DNA from: Candidatus Poribacteria bacterium
Lineage (GTDB): Bacteria; Poribacteria; WGA-4E; PCPOR2b
Length of the DNA: 64,000 nucleotides
Direction of reading: 5' to 3'
NCBI GenBank assembly: GCA_965215015.1
Contig: OZ244042.1
Location: 5,788,581 to 5,852,580, forward strand
Position numbers and translations under genes: made by a program. The notes under the pieces are model-generated. The model was not told where the DNA came from and ran no database searches. It worked only from the letters and a program-made list of their open reading frames with translations. This document shows positions 28,757-38,204 of this stretch, piece after piece. Position 1 is the stretch's first letter. Each line of letters begins with the position of its first letter.

Positions 28757-28848
28757 AAAAACCGAGTTTCTTACAAACGCGATTTTTAGGAAAATCCAAC
28801 CGATTTGCTCAAAGTCAGGGGAGACGAAGCACGAAAAACTCGGTTTCT
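28757..28848. repeat. inverted-repeat element related to R1 (arms AAACCGAGTTT / AAACTCGGTTT)
   Basis: 11-bp perfect arms at 28759-28769 and 28836-28846 flank 66 nt. The GCGATTT(T)TTA segment resembles the R1 leader. It lies between the ECF sigma stop and the Trx-CcdA start. Confidence 0.5.
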
Positions 28849-29454
28849 CTAATTGAGTGCGTGACGTTTAGCACCTTCAGTCATTTTGGGTATCAGCACC
28901 TTCACTTTTGCTCGCGCCCGAGCCAACCGATTGCTTACCGCCCCTTCAGTGATAGCCAATTTCTGGGCAATCTCTCTGTAGCTCATGCCATTCATTTGCA
29001 GGAATAGTGGCAATCGCTCCGAATCAGGAAGCCTCCCTATTGCCATGATGAGGCTTCCCCACAAATCACTGTTCTCTGCCTGTTGTTCAGCGTTCCGATG
29101 CCTAATAATTGCTGCCTCCTCAAGTGCCTTATCCACATCGGAAACGCGAGAGAGGGATATGGACTCGATACGTTTCTGGTACTTTCGGTGTAGATCTACA
29201 TTGAGTTGATGTGCTATCCTGAACATCCATCTGGAAAACTTTTCCGCCTCCCGCAGTTCGGCTATATGCTGAAAGACCTTGAGCCACGTCTCTTGGACAA
29301 GGGTTTGAGCATCATCTAAGTTGGCAGTTCGCTTAACAGCATAAGAAAGCAGCTTAACTTTGTAGCGGTCATGAAGAACCGAAAAGGCGTTTTCATCACC
29401 ATCTATGATTTGACCAATCAATTCAGTATCGTTTAATTCCTCACTAGGTCTCAT
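28849..29454 (-). CDS. ECF-type RNA polymerase sigma-70 family factor
   Basis: Region 2 (LVQETWLKVFQHI...FSRWMFRIAHQLNVDLHRK) and region 4 HTH (MSYREIAQKLAITEGAVSNRLARARAKV). ATG 29454 follows GGAGGAG. Confidence 0.85.
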   Translation of the reverse strand: MRPSEELNDTELIGQIIDGDENAFSVLHDRYKVKLLSYAVKRTANLDDAQTLVQETWLKVFQHIAELREAEKFSRWMFRIAHQLNVDLHRKYQKRIESISLSRVSDVDKALEEAAIIRHRNAEQQAENSDLWGSLIMAIGRLPDSERLPLFLQMNGMSYREIAQKLAITEGAVSNRLARARAKVKVLIPKMTEGAKRHALN

Positions 29455-29749
29455 AATCTCCTCCAATCTAGGGTATAAATGGGGAGCTTGTACCTTACTG
29501 AAGAGTCGTAGTTGTTGTTATTAATAGAGAACGTGAATAGGACGGAAAACTATCATAAAAAAAACAGTTGGGGTTTGTGTTAGGAGTTACGCACTTGAGT
29601 TTGGAGTCAGGCAGTTCAACCCGCGTCCTTAAGGTAGCATACGCCGTGCCGACTCCTTCAACTCAGAGAAAAGCCTCTATCTACTCATTACGTTTTTTTT
29701 AGATTACCCCAACAGATCGGAGTGAAAACACTTGGGGCCAGGGGTGAAT

Positions 29750-31009
29750 TTATGCCAAACAACACTGTTTGTACTTCTTGCCACTGCCACAGGGGCAGGG
29801 CGAATTGCGTCCAACTTTCTGCGTGCCCACTACCGGCTTGGGACGCAGTAATGGCATAATGCTATCGGCGGGTCGGCCAGCCTGTAATGCCGCAGCCATC
29901 ATTTTCATCGGTCGGTCAATGTGGTTGAAGAACTGCTTATAGCCCGCACAGAGATAGTTCAGACCGTCCTCACCGCTGGGGGTCTTGATGAAACGGTTTT
30001 TTGGGCAGCCGCCGTTGCAGACGAAACGGACCTCGCAGTCTCGGCAATACTGAGGCAGGGTATCCCGCTTGTCGGTTCCGAATTTCCGCTGGAACGTTGA
30101 CTCTACTAGTGCTTCCATCGACGTATCCATGACGTTTCCGAGGAAGTATTCTGGGTCAACGTAGTGATCGCAGGAGTAAAGGTCGCCGTTATGCTCGATT
30201 GCCATCGCGTTTCCGCAGGTCTCGTTGAAGATACACAAACTCGGTTGATACCCCAACCAAGCTTCTAACGCGACATCAAAGATCTGGACAAAGATTTTGC
30301 CAATATCGTTGATAACCCATTCATCGAAGATCGCGCAGAGGAATTTACCGTACTGCGCTGCGCGTACCGTACGGTCGGTCACACCTTTCTCATCCACGCG
30401 CTCGACAGCGGGAATAAACTGCATAAACTGGGCACCAAGTTCTTTGAAATAACGATATACCTCAAACGGATAATCGGCGTTGTGGCTATTTACGACACAG
30501 AGCACATTGTAATCAACCTGATGCTTCTGTAGGAATCGCAATCCCCGAAGGACATCATCGGAGGAGGGTCTACCCCGTTTGTCATAGCGATATTTATCGT
30601 GTAGTTCGGGGGGGCCGTCAATGCTAATACCGATTAAGAAGTTATTCTGCTTGAAGAACGTGCACCACTCATCATTTAGGAGCGTTGCGTTGGTCTGGAA
30701 TGTATTCTGGATGCGCGTCCCGACCCGGCGGTATTTCTGCTGATATTCGACAGCGCGTCGAAAAAAGTCAACCCCCATCAGCGTCGGTTCGCCTCCTTGC
30801 CAAGCGAAGGTTATCTCATTAACCTGTTGTGATTCGATATATTGACGCACATAGTTTTCCAAAACCTCATCGGTCATCCGAAATGACCGTGTATTGGGAT
30901 AAAGGTTCTCTTTGTCCAGATAGAAGCAGTATTCACAATCCAAATTACAGATTGCCCCAATCGGTTTTGTCATCACATGAAACGCACGCGGTGCTTTGTA
31001 TTCAATCAT
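29750..31009 (-). CDS. anaerobic sulfatase-maturating enzyme (radical SAM/SPASM) with C-terminal SEC-C motif
   Basis: CNLDCEYCFY (CxxxCxxC). SPASM cysteines (CGNAMAIEHNGDLYSCDHY, CRDCEVRFVCNGGCPKNR). The C-terminus GRNSPCPCGSGKKYKQCCLA matches the SecA-type metal-binding tail. Confidence 0.85.
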   Translation of the reverse strand: MIEYKAPRAFHVMTKPIGAICNLDCEYCFYLDKENLYPNTRSFRMTDEVLENYVRQYIESQQVNEITFAWQGGEPTLMGVDFFRRAVEYQQKYRRVGTRIQNTFQTNATLLNDEWCTFFKQNNFLIGISIDGPPELHDKYRYDKRGRPSSDDVLRGLRFLQKHQVDYNVLCVVNSHNADYPFEVYRYFKELGAQFMQFIPAVERVDEKGVTDRTVRAAQYGKFLCAIFDEWVINDIGKIFVQIFDVALEAWLGYQPSLCIFNETCGNAMAIEHNGDLYSCDHYVDPEYFLGNVMDTSMEALVESTFQRKFGTDKRDTLPQYCRDCEVRFVCNGGCPKNRFIKTPSGEDGLNYLCAGYKQFFNHIDRPMKMMAAALQAGRPADSIMPLLRPKPVVGTQKVGRNSPCPCGSGKKYKQCCLA

Positions 31010-32355
31010 TTTTTTACCTTCCTCTGGGTTGTAATCATCGCCACGTTGAAAACCGACCGCTCGTAGCCGTGCGATGGACGGTTCACAATGCTACCGAGTC
31101 CCCATAGTGCCGATGAACTCCCGCCATCAAAATTTATTGCGTGTTTCGCTCCAAGTGCCCGCAAAAAATCAGCCATCTCATAAAGCGTCATTCCGATGCT
31201 ATATCCGTATTGACGACCGTCCACCGCAATAAGGAACAGTTTATCATCGTTAAATCCCAATGCACTCCGCGGATTCTGCCTCGCTCCGTTGCGGTGACGA
31301 TAATTGGATCTGCCGCCTGACTGGTGAAATTCTACAAGCTCCGGTTCAATTTTACCATTCCGTAAGAGACGAATATTTCCCCCGATTCCATCACCGACTC
31401 GCTGCCATTTGGTGGGTGAAAGTGCGATTTCGAGCGTTCCTGTTCCACCCGCACTAAATGTGGCATCCCATTTTTGTGCCAATTGATAGTCGAGTGCCAA
31501 TACAACTCCGTTAGGAGGGATTGTGCTATTGCCCTGCCGATTGACCGCATCAATCTTGAAACTGCTCCGATACCTACCTGTAAGTGGCAATTTGAGTCCT
31601 TTGAGGACGATTTCATAGCTCCTTCGTGCAAGGGTCTGCTCCCCAAATCGGGGTGTGTAGATTACGGCAGCGCAGCCGGTCTCACGAATCTGATTGATGC
31701 CATCAACTTCAAGCGATTCTCCATTGATGTGAATAACCCCGTTTAATTCAACAGCGTCAAGTAAAAATTCGCCATCAGTTGTTACACCAAAACTGGTTTC
31801 ACCCCAAGGGGATGGCGGTGGAAAGCCCCACCAATTGCGTCGAGGAGCAATACTGACCAATTCCCAATCTTGGATATGGAGGTTAAAGATAACCCCGCCT
31901 CGCCCGATCCGATCCCCACGGAGACCGAAGCTCCCGTTGACACCAGCTAACAGAGGCATATCTTGTTGTGCGAGTCGTCTCGCCATGCTGCTGATTGTCT
32001 CCCTGCCCAAGAGACGGGTGTTGGCGAGTTCAACCCCAAAGCGAAGATTTTCGGATTCGCGCCTCATTTCAGCGACATAAACCGCTGCATCCCGCTCTTT
32101 CCACCAATCACGATAGATTCGCAAACCTTGGGGCCAATTCGATTTTTTAAGGTAATCCCGTTTTTTGGATGCGGGATTTGGACGGTCAGGAGGTGGCTTG
32201 CTAGTAAGTCTAGAGATAACGGAAGAGGACGCAGAACTGGTGCCGGGGTTCAAAGTTGTCTTTCGCAACGCACCAATCCCCAAAATCAGGAGAATGGCTA
32301 GGCCCCAAACGATGACGATCTTGATAAAATAAGTGCGTTGATTCCCCTTTTGCAT
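31006..32355 (-). CDS. phosphodiester glycosidase family protein (NAGPA/DUF2233-like), membrane-anchored
   Basis: N-terminal TM anchor. C-terminal RSALGFNDDKLFLIAVDGRQYGYSIGMTLYEMADFLRALGAKHAINFDGGSSSALW is typical of the family. The stop overlaps the anSME start (ATGA at 31006-31009). Confidence 0.7.
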   Translation of the reverse strand: MQKGNQRTYFIKIVIVWGLAILLILGIGALRKTTLNPGTSSASSSVISRLTSKPPPDRPNPASKKRDYLKKSNWPQGLRIYRDWWKERDAAVYVAEMRRESENLRFGVELANTRLLGRETISSMARRLAQQDMPLLAGVNGSFGLRGDRIGRGGVIFNLHIQDWELVSIAPRRNWWGFPPPSPWGETSFGVTTDGEFLLDAVELNGVIHINGESLEVDGINQIRETGCAAVIYTPRFGEQTLARRSYEIVLKGLKLPLTGRYRSSFKIDAVNRQGNSTIPPNGVVLALDYQLAQKWDATFSAGGTGTLEIALSPTKWQRVGDGIGGNIRLLRNGKIEPELVEFHQSGGRSNYRHRNGARQNPRSALGFNDDKLFLIAVDGRQYGYSIGMTLYEMADFLRALGAKHAINFDGGSSSALWGLGSIVNRPSHGYERSVFNVAMITTQRKVKK

Positions 32356-32790
32356 CTTCCATTGTCCTCGCTATCCAATCGAAACTCATCCTCACGTTAC
32401 TTTTTATAAAGACAGTAAATACTATTTTCACAAATGGTATGCTAATCTGTCAAGGATAAACGCAATATAGTTCCCCACCACCCCCACCGATAGGTCATAA
32501 ACCGGTTTGACTCCAACAGCGTTTTTAAGTAAAATAACCCAAGTTGCTAGTGTTTCTATGTAATGATAAGCGTAATCTAGGGCATGTTGACATTTTACTA
32601 TCGCCAATTCGGCAAACACTGTAAGCCAATCTGCCAAACGTTGTAGGTCGAGATTCATATCTCGATAAAACACCCGGACTCTCGCGTAATGTCCCGGGCG
32701 GATGGAGCCAATCGTGGGGCACCACAGTGTCTGATATTCTATAGCGTCATGTTGTAGGTATTTTCCATTTTGGAAAATCGACCGACGACA

Positions 32791-32855
32791 GGGCAACCAC
32801 AAGGGTTGCCCCTACAGGAATTGACTAAATGTAGGGGCAGGTCTTGTACCTGCCC
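32791..32855. repeat. pair of oppositely oriented GC hairpin units
   Basis: GGGCAACCACAAGGGTTGCCCCTAC (32791-32815), a 15-nt spacer, then GTAGGGGCAGGTCTTGTACCTGCCC (32831-32855). The first is the reverse complement of the 3229 unit. Confidence 0.65.
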
Positions 32856-33312
32856 AAAATATTTTGCTTGATACTGATGCGGATTGTTGCTTTACAATCG
32901 GTAGAATCAGCAGCAAGCGATTGAAAAAGGGGTTGAAACATAGGTGCGATGTGGTAGCGGCTTCGATGGAATCGTGCGTTACTGAGCATACCGGGGATAT
33001 ATCCCTGTTCTTTGGGTAGAAAGGGTGCCATTTGTTGATTGCTCCAAACAACGGTGCAGCAACTCATGGGGTAGTCCCCACTGCGGCGGCACCCATTTTG
33101 GTTCTTCGGTCGTCTTGCTGGCTATTTCAAATTAAGAGATTGTCACAGAGGGTGTAAAATGCTACGATGAGTAAGTTCGGGGCATTCTCCTGTTTATCAG
33201 TTCTGTTTTGGCTAACAAATACTCTAACGAAATTCCATGGATATTCAACTAGCAACTTACGTTAAAACAGTCTGTGTCAATTAGTAAATATTAGACAAAT
33301 GGAGGGATTCCA

Positions 33313-34299
33313 ATGAAATATCGAACATTTGGACAAACGGGTCTCAAAGTTTCAGAGATTGGGATAGGAGCGTTTCCAATCTCTGGCGTGCAACAGCAGA
33401 CAGATGGCACACAGAAGGGGTGGACAGGGACCGACGAGCAGCAATCGATCGCACTCATCCATCGCGCGGAAGAACTCGGCGTGAACCTGATTGATTCCGC
33501 GGAGAGTTATGGTGCCGGTCATAGTGAGGAAGTTCTCGGACGGGCGTTGCAGGAGAGACGGGATAAATGGATTATCGCCACCAAAGTCAGTCCAAACAGC
33601 GGCTGGGACGCGAACGATCCAGATCTACCGACGCAAGCGAAAAAGCGAATCATTGAAGCAGCCGAAGGGAGCCTGAAACGTCTAGATACAGATTACATCG
33701 ACATCTATCAACTTCATGCCATTCCGTTAGAAGGGGCGATGTCCGCTGTCATGGAGACGTTGGCAAAATTGCGGGAGGAGGGCAAGATCCGCTGGTACGG
33801 TGTTTCGACCAATGATCGGGAGGCGATTGATAAACTGCGAAAGTTGGGCGAGATTCACATGCTGCAAATTGGCTACAACCTGCTTGAACGCGATGCAAAC
33901 GACCTACTTCATTTCGCCAAGCAGGAAAGTATCGGCACGCTCATCCGCGTTCCGTTGGCGAAGGGGATGTTGACGGGGAAGTATTTCCAGAGCAGTGAAA
34001 TCCCGAAAGAAGATATACGTTATGAACGTTTTAATCGGCCGGGGTCAATTGATGCCTTCCAGAAACTGCCGGCACTCGGTTTCCTGGCAGAAAACACGGG
34101 ACGTACAATGGTTCAAGCAGCACTACGCTTTACACTTGACCATCCCGGCACCTCTTGCGTCATCGCCGGTGCGAAAACGATACAACAGATAGAACAAAAC
34201 GTGGCTTCCATCAATGTGCCATCTCTCACTGAACCTGAACTTCAAAGGGCATTCGCCATCGCTGACACTATTCAGACGCCCAATTGGAGCGCGAACTGA
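33313..34299 (+). CDS. aldo/keto reductase
   Basis: MKYRTFGQTGLKVSEIGIGA, DSAESYGAGHSEE, IDIYQLH, and WYGVSTN motifs. GGAGGG RBS. Confidence 0.85.
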   Translation: MKYRTFGQTGLKVSEIGIGAFPISGVQQQTDGTQKGWTGTDEQQSIALIHRAEELGVNLIDSAESYGAGHSEEVLGRALQERRDKWIIATKVSPNSGWDANDPDLPTQAKKRIIEAAEGSLKRLDTDYIDIYQLHAIPLEGAMSAVMETLAKLREEGKIRWYGVSTNDREAIDKLRKLGEIHMLQIGYNLLERDANDLLHFAKQESIGTLIRVPLAKGMLTGKYFQSSEIPKEDIRYERFNRPGSIDAFQKLPALGFLAENTGRTMVQAALRFTLDHPGTSCVIAGAKTIQQIEQNVASINVPSLTEPELQRAFAIADTIQTPNWSAN

Positions 34300-34326
34300 T
34301 TCAGGGGGAAAATGTGACAAGCGATC

Positions 34327-35445
34327 CTATTGCTCAAAGCGCGCCAACTGAAATGGGCTTATGTCGAAACCTGTTTGACCCTCAAGTGCCGTTTCCGAAA
34401 GTATACGTCCAACAAGGCTGGCGAACTTGAAACCGTGACCGGAAAACCCAGTCGCTAAGACAAGATTTCCGCAATCCGGGTGTGTGTCAATGATGAAATC
34501 TTCGTCGGGCGTTTCTGTGTAGAGACAAACTTGTGCGAAAAGTGCCTCGCCAGCAGCATCGGGAATGCGGTCACGCATAAAAGAACGGAGGTGCTCGATG
34601 TAGGCGGGGTCGGGCGTACGATCACACGTATCGGGAGACACCGGCTGCCCCATGCCGTGCCGCGCAACTTTCACGCCCTCACGTCCAAACACGGGAAATC
34701 CATACAAAACCTCATTCCACGTTACATCAAGGAAAATCGGGAATCTTCCCCGCTGAAACAGACCCGTATCGGTGGGTCGATAATAGACAACCTGCTGCCG
34801 CGTTACGGTCAACGGAAGATTCAGTTCACTGAGAATCTGTCCAGTCCAACTCCCCGCGGTCACAATCACTTTTTTCCCTCGAAAGCGTTCCCCTTTTGTG
34901 ATTACTTCGGGATGTGTTCCCCGCCAGTTAATCTCTACTACCGGCGTATTCTCTCGTACCTCCGCCCCGTGCGCTTCGGCGAGTTGCAGGTAAGTCAAAA
35001 CACACCCTGACGCATACAGGAAACCGGTGTCCCTCTGCCACAGAACGTCCACTCCGTCTCCAATCCTGAATTGTGGGAAGCGGTCTGAAAGCTGTCGTTG
35101 GTCCCACCACTCGGATTCGACGCCGGCGGCATCGAGGCTCAGACGCATATCACGGAGATAATCGTGTCCTTCGGGCCCAATCACCACGCTGCCGGTTGTA
35201 AATAGCAGATCCTTCCCCGATTCCTTTTCCACTTCCCGCCATTCTGCATAGGCAGGCTTCATCAATTCTGTATAAAATTGCTTCTCGTAGATTAGGCGGA
35301 TAATGCGATTGTCTCCGTGAGAGCTGCCGAAGGTATGCCCACGCGAGAATTGTTCCAATACCAGCGTGCCTGCTCCCGCCTTGGCGAGATAATAAGCTGT
35401 CGCGCTTCCCATTGCCCCTGCTCCGATAACAATGGCGTCATACAT
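34327..35445 (-). CDS. FAD-dependent N-methyl amino acid oxidase (monomeric sarcosine oxidase / N-methyltryptophan oxidase family)
   Basis: YDAIVIGAGAMGSATAYYLAKAG dinucleotide fold, SHGDNRIIR, and C-terminal GFSGHGFKF. Confidence 0.8.
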   Translation of the reverse strand: MYDAIVIGAGAMGSATAYYLAKAGAGTLVLEQFSRGHTFGSSHGDNRIIRLIYEKQFYTELMKPAYAEWREVEKESGKDLLFTTGSVVIGPEGHDYLRDMRLSLDAAGVESEWWDQRQLSDRFPQFRIGDGVDVLWQRDTGFLYASGCVLTYLQLAEAHGAEVRENTPVVEINWRGTHPEVITKGERFRGKKVIVTAGSWTGQILSELNLPLTVTRQQVVYYRPTDTGLFQRGRFPIFLDVTWNEVLYGFPVFGREGVKVARHGMGQPVSPDTCDRTPDPAYIEHLRSFMRDRIPDAAGEALFAQVCLYTETPDEDFIIDTHPDCGNLVLATGFSGHGFKFASLVGRILSETALEGQTGFDISPFQLARFEQ

Positions 35446-35547
35446 TTCTTTTATCTCCTGACACGGTGATGCGTGAAGTGGAAATTGGGCAATTCAGATT
35501 GTAAACCATTTCGTTGACCGATCTTCGATTCCTATGTTCCCAATCAG

Positions 35548-36306
35548 TTACTTCATCGAGAATGGTTTGGGGAGTTCATCAAAATTCTTCTCTCTGTTTT
35601 CGCCACGCAACAGAATCGTTGACCAATTATGTCCCAATGAATTCCTTTCAACCTGCCTGACCCAAGGTGGAATGTAACGAATTGTCAATCCACACCGCCG
35701 CCGTGTAGATTGGTTGGGCAGACTTCCGTGAATTAACATGCCGTGATGGATTGAGATTTCGCCCGCCTTCAAAACCAAATCTACAGCATTCTGCTCCTCA
35801 TCCTCACTGACCGGCACTTCCTGATCGATACTTAACAAATTTCCTTCCTGTCCGGATTTTCCATGATCCCGAATACCGGGACGGTGGGTGCCAGGAATCA
35901 CACGCATACAACCGTTTTCGCAGTCGCTGTCGTCAATCGCATACCATGCGGTAATTGCTTCAGACGGCTCAAGCCCCCAATAGGTTACATCCTGATGCCA
36001 TGCCACAAACTTTTTTTCGTCAGGACCATATTTACAAAAGAAGTGCGTTGATAGCATCATAACATCGGGGCCTATCAGGGCTTCGATACAGTCGAGAATC
36101 TTCGGATGGGTTGCAATCTCCCAGATGAACTCTTCGTCAAAATGTCGGTTGACTAATCCGATATGACATTCCTCGCGCCCTAGTCTGGCTTCTAATTCGT
36201 CGAACAATTCCCGATGTTGGGTGGCTTCGGTCTCGTCGGAAATTTGAACTTTTGGAACAAAGCCTTCTGTCTCATAAGCCTGGATTTGTCTTTCGGTGAG
36301 GGACAT
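35548..36306 (-). CDS. phytanoyl-CoA dioxygenase (PhyH) family Fe(II)/2-oxoglutarate oxygenase
   Basis: WHQD (HxD) and IHHGMLIHGS (distal His). Size and N-terminus (LTERQIQAYETEGF) are typical of the family. Confidence 0.8.
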   Translation of the reverse strand: MSLTERQIQAYETEGFVPKVQISDETEATQHRELFDELEARLGREECHIGLVNRHFDEEFIWEIATHPKILDCIEALIGPDVMMLSTHFFCKYGPDEKKFVAWHQDVTYWGLEPSEAITAWYAIDDSDCENGCMRVIPGTHRPGIRDHGKSGQEGNLLSIDQEVPVSEDEEQNAVDLVLKAGEISIHHGMLIHGSLPNQSTRRRCGLTIRYIPPWVRQVERNSLGHNWSTILLRGENREKNFDELPKPFSMK

Positions 36307-36326
36307 TTTTCGCTCCTTTCATCTAT

Positions 36327-37256
36327 CTAGCCGCGATTTGGCACACGCCATTGAGCGTACCAACGGGAATCCCGCGACGGTCCTTCATCATCGCTCCAGC
36401 GGGTTTGCATACTTTCAAATCCCTTCAATTGTGGACGAACATCGCGTTCCCAGATTTCCTCAATCTGATCAAAGGTGAGCGGCTGACGCTTCCCGCGAAG
36501 CGAGGACTCCGATCCGATCGGAGCCGACGTCAATTCAGCGTAGGTATTGAGAAGTTCTTTCGCCCTGGTGCCAAGCCACTGAACTTCATCGGCAACCATT
36601 CGCTCACCAACTTGGCGATCCGATTCGTGTGCAGTTGGTCCCATAGCAAAGTGGGGCCCCGGCGCATCTTGCTCTGGTAGACGTGAGACATCAACGCAAT
36701 CCGGCTCCAATGCCCAGAGCAAGGAGGTCTCGACTTTACCGGCGTGATCGCCTCCGCTTTTACCATCACCATCGAAGCCGGGCTGATTCGCTTCAAAATC
36801 GGGCAGACCGTATAGCCGCATACCAAAATACGGTTGGAGAATTTCAAGCAAAGTTTTGAGATCTTTCCAGTTGGGACCGTAGTGTCCCGTCAAAAGGAGA
36901 GCGGCATGAAATCCCAAGGCATCGGCTGCGCGGACATGATAGCAGATATTCTTGAAATGCATCCATGCAGGCATCGCGGTCAGCCACGGACGCACCTCTC
37001 CGACGGTTCGATTTGCCCAGAGTGCATAACCGCCATGTTCGTGGATGTGCCAATAATCAGGTGGAGCAACAATACCGCCGTGCTCACGAGCTGTTCGGCA
37101 CGCAATCGCATGTGCTTTCAAAGCATCAAGCCCGACCGCATTCTGGGGACCATGGGGTTCGCACAAACCATAGCAAAAATAGACAACAGGGTGTTCCTCT
37201 AACGCAGCTTCCAGTTCATCGGGAAACATCCGTTCCCAGCGCACTTCTCTTCTCAT
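36327..37256 (-). CDS. creatininase (creatinine amidohydrolase) family protein
   Basis: LCEPHGPQNAVGLDALKAHAIACRTAREHGGIVAPP resembles the metal-binding E-x-H-G...D segment of the family. The family also includes non-creatininase members. Confidence 0.55.
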   Translation of the reverse strand: MRREVRWERMFPDELEAALEEHPVVYFCYGLCEPHGPQNAVGLDALKAHAIACRTAREHGGIVAPPDYWHIHEHGGYALWANRTVGEVRPWLTAMPAWMHFKNICYHVRAADALGFHAALLLTGHYGPNWKDLKTLLEILQPYFGMRLYGLPDFEANQPGFDGDGKSGGDHAGKVETSLLWALEPDCVDVSRLPEQDAPGPHFAMGPTAHESDRQVGERMVADEVQWLGTRAKELLNTYAELTSAPIGSESSLRGKRQPLTFDQIEEIWERDVRPQLKGFESMQTRWSDDEGPSRDSRWYAQWRVPNRG

Positions 37257-37774
37257 CTTAGTTCCCTTTTACATTATAACCAATGGTGCGAGTTTGCAAC
37301 TGTTGATACACTCTCCAATCAAAACAGGCGTGAAACTGACAATAGTAGGCATACAGCGTATGCTGTAACCGTTGTGACTCGGAACGGCACCCCGCCTGCG
37401 GTGCCAAGGGACTTCTCCTCACTTAGGGGGTGTTGTCCTTTTCCCCGCTAAGCCCCCCTCAGTCCCCCCGCAAGCAGGGACGCAACCCGGTGGGGTGTTC
37501 GTCAATTCTAGGCTCAATGAGCATGGAACTGACACATTAGCAGACAGGGTATTTAGCAGGGAGAAGAAATGCCAGCACGGCGGAGCGTGCCGGCTCCTTT
37601 GGGATTAACTGTCACCGTCCGATTCATCGGGCGGTGAAAGACATCTTCACCGGCGGCGATGAATCGCCAAGGACACCCTGACTATAGCGCAATAGTCAGG
37701 ACTCAACCCATGAACATTGAACGACCTTTTCTAGTATTAGCGTTGAGGGGGAAACTCCGTCAGGCCTAAATGTA

Positions 37775-37830
37775 CGAATGAACTCTTGTTTAATGAACCG
37801 ATGAACTATTGAACGATGTGAAAACGACAG
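37775..37830 (+). repeat. fragment of the R1 core (TTTAATGAACCGATGAACTATTGAACG...GAAAACG)
   Basis: Shares TAATGAACC(A/G)ATGAAC with 63079-63095 and 7432-7447. Confidence 0.4.
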
Positions 37831-38204
37831 CGTCACCAACTCGCACCAAAGGTTTATATGCCGACGTAGATACAGTTTCCTGTGGCACTTCCGATATAAA
37901 GTTGTATCATTGTTGCCACAATCTTTTCGGATTCAATTTCTGTTTGCTACATTTATTTAGACAATTTCGTAAGAATTCCGCTCTGCTTCCACAGAACCGG
38001 CTTATGGCATCTTAATTGCTCATATCAAAGAAAACTATTGCCGAGCAAAATTTTATGCTAACTTAGCAAGTCTGTCAACCACAATCTAACAGGGCGCGGA
38101 CTTAACAGATGTTGATTTTTCGCTTGGCAGCGGGTATGTCCTATGATATACTTGACATATCTTGTTGAATCAACCTACGACCATGTACGAAAGGAAGGAT
38201 AACC

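Noticed and set aside
32428-32802. 124-aa minus-strand ORF
   Set aside because: Its start lies inside the GC hairpin repeat. It has no RBS, no recognisable family, and no hydrophobicity or compositional pattern I can support. It remains possible but is unsupported.
37257-38204. Possible housekeeping ncRNA (RNase P, SRP, tmRNA, 6S) in the 950-bp gap
   Set aside because: None of the conserved signature strings I know for these RNAs is present. The region is instead made of short hairpins and repeat fragments. A covariance-model scan would be needed to exclude other RNAs.
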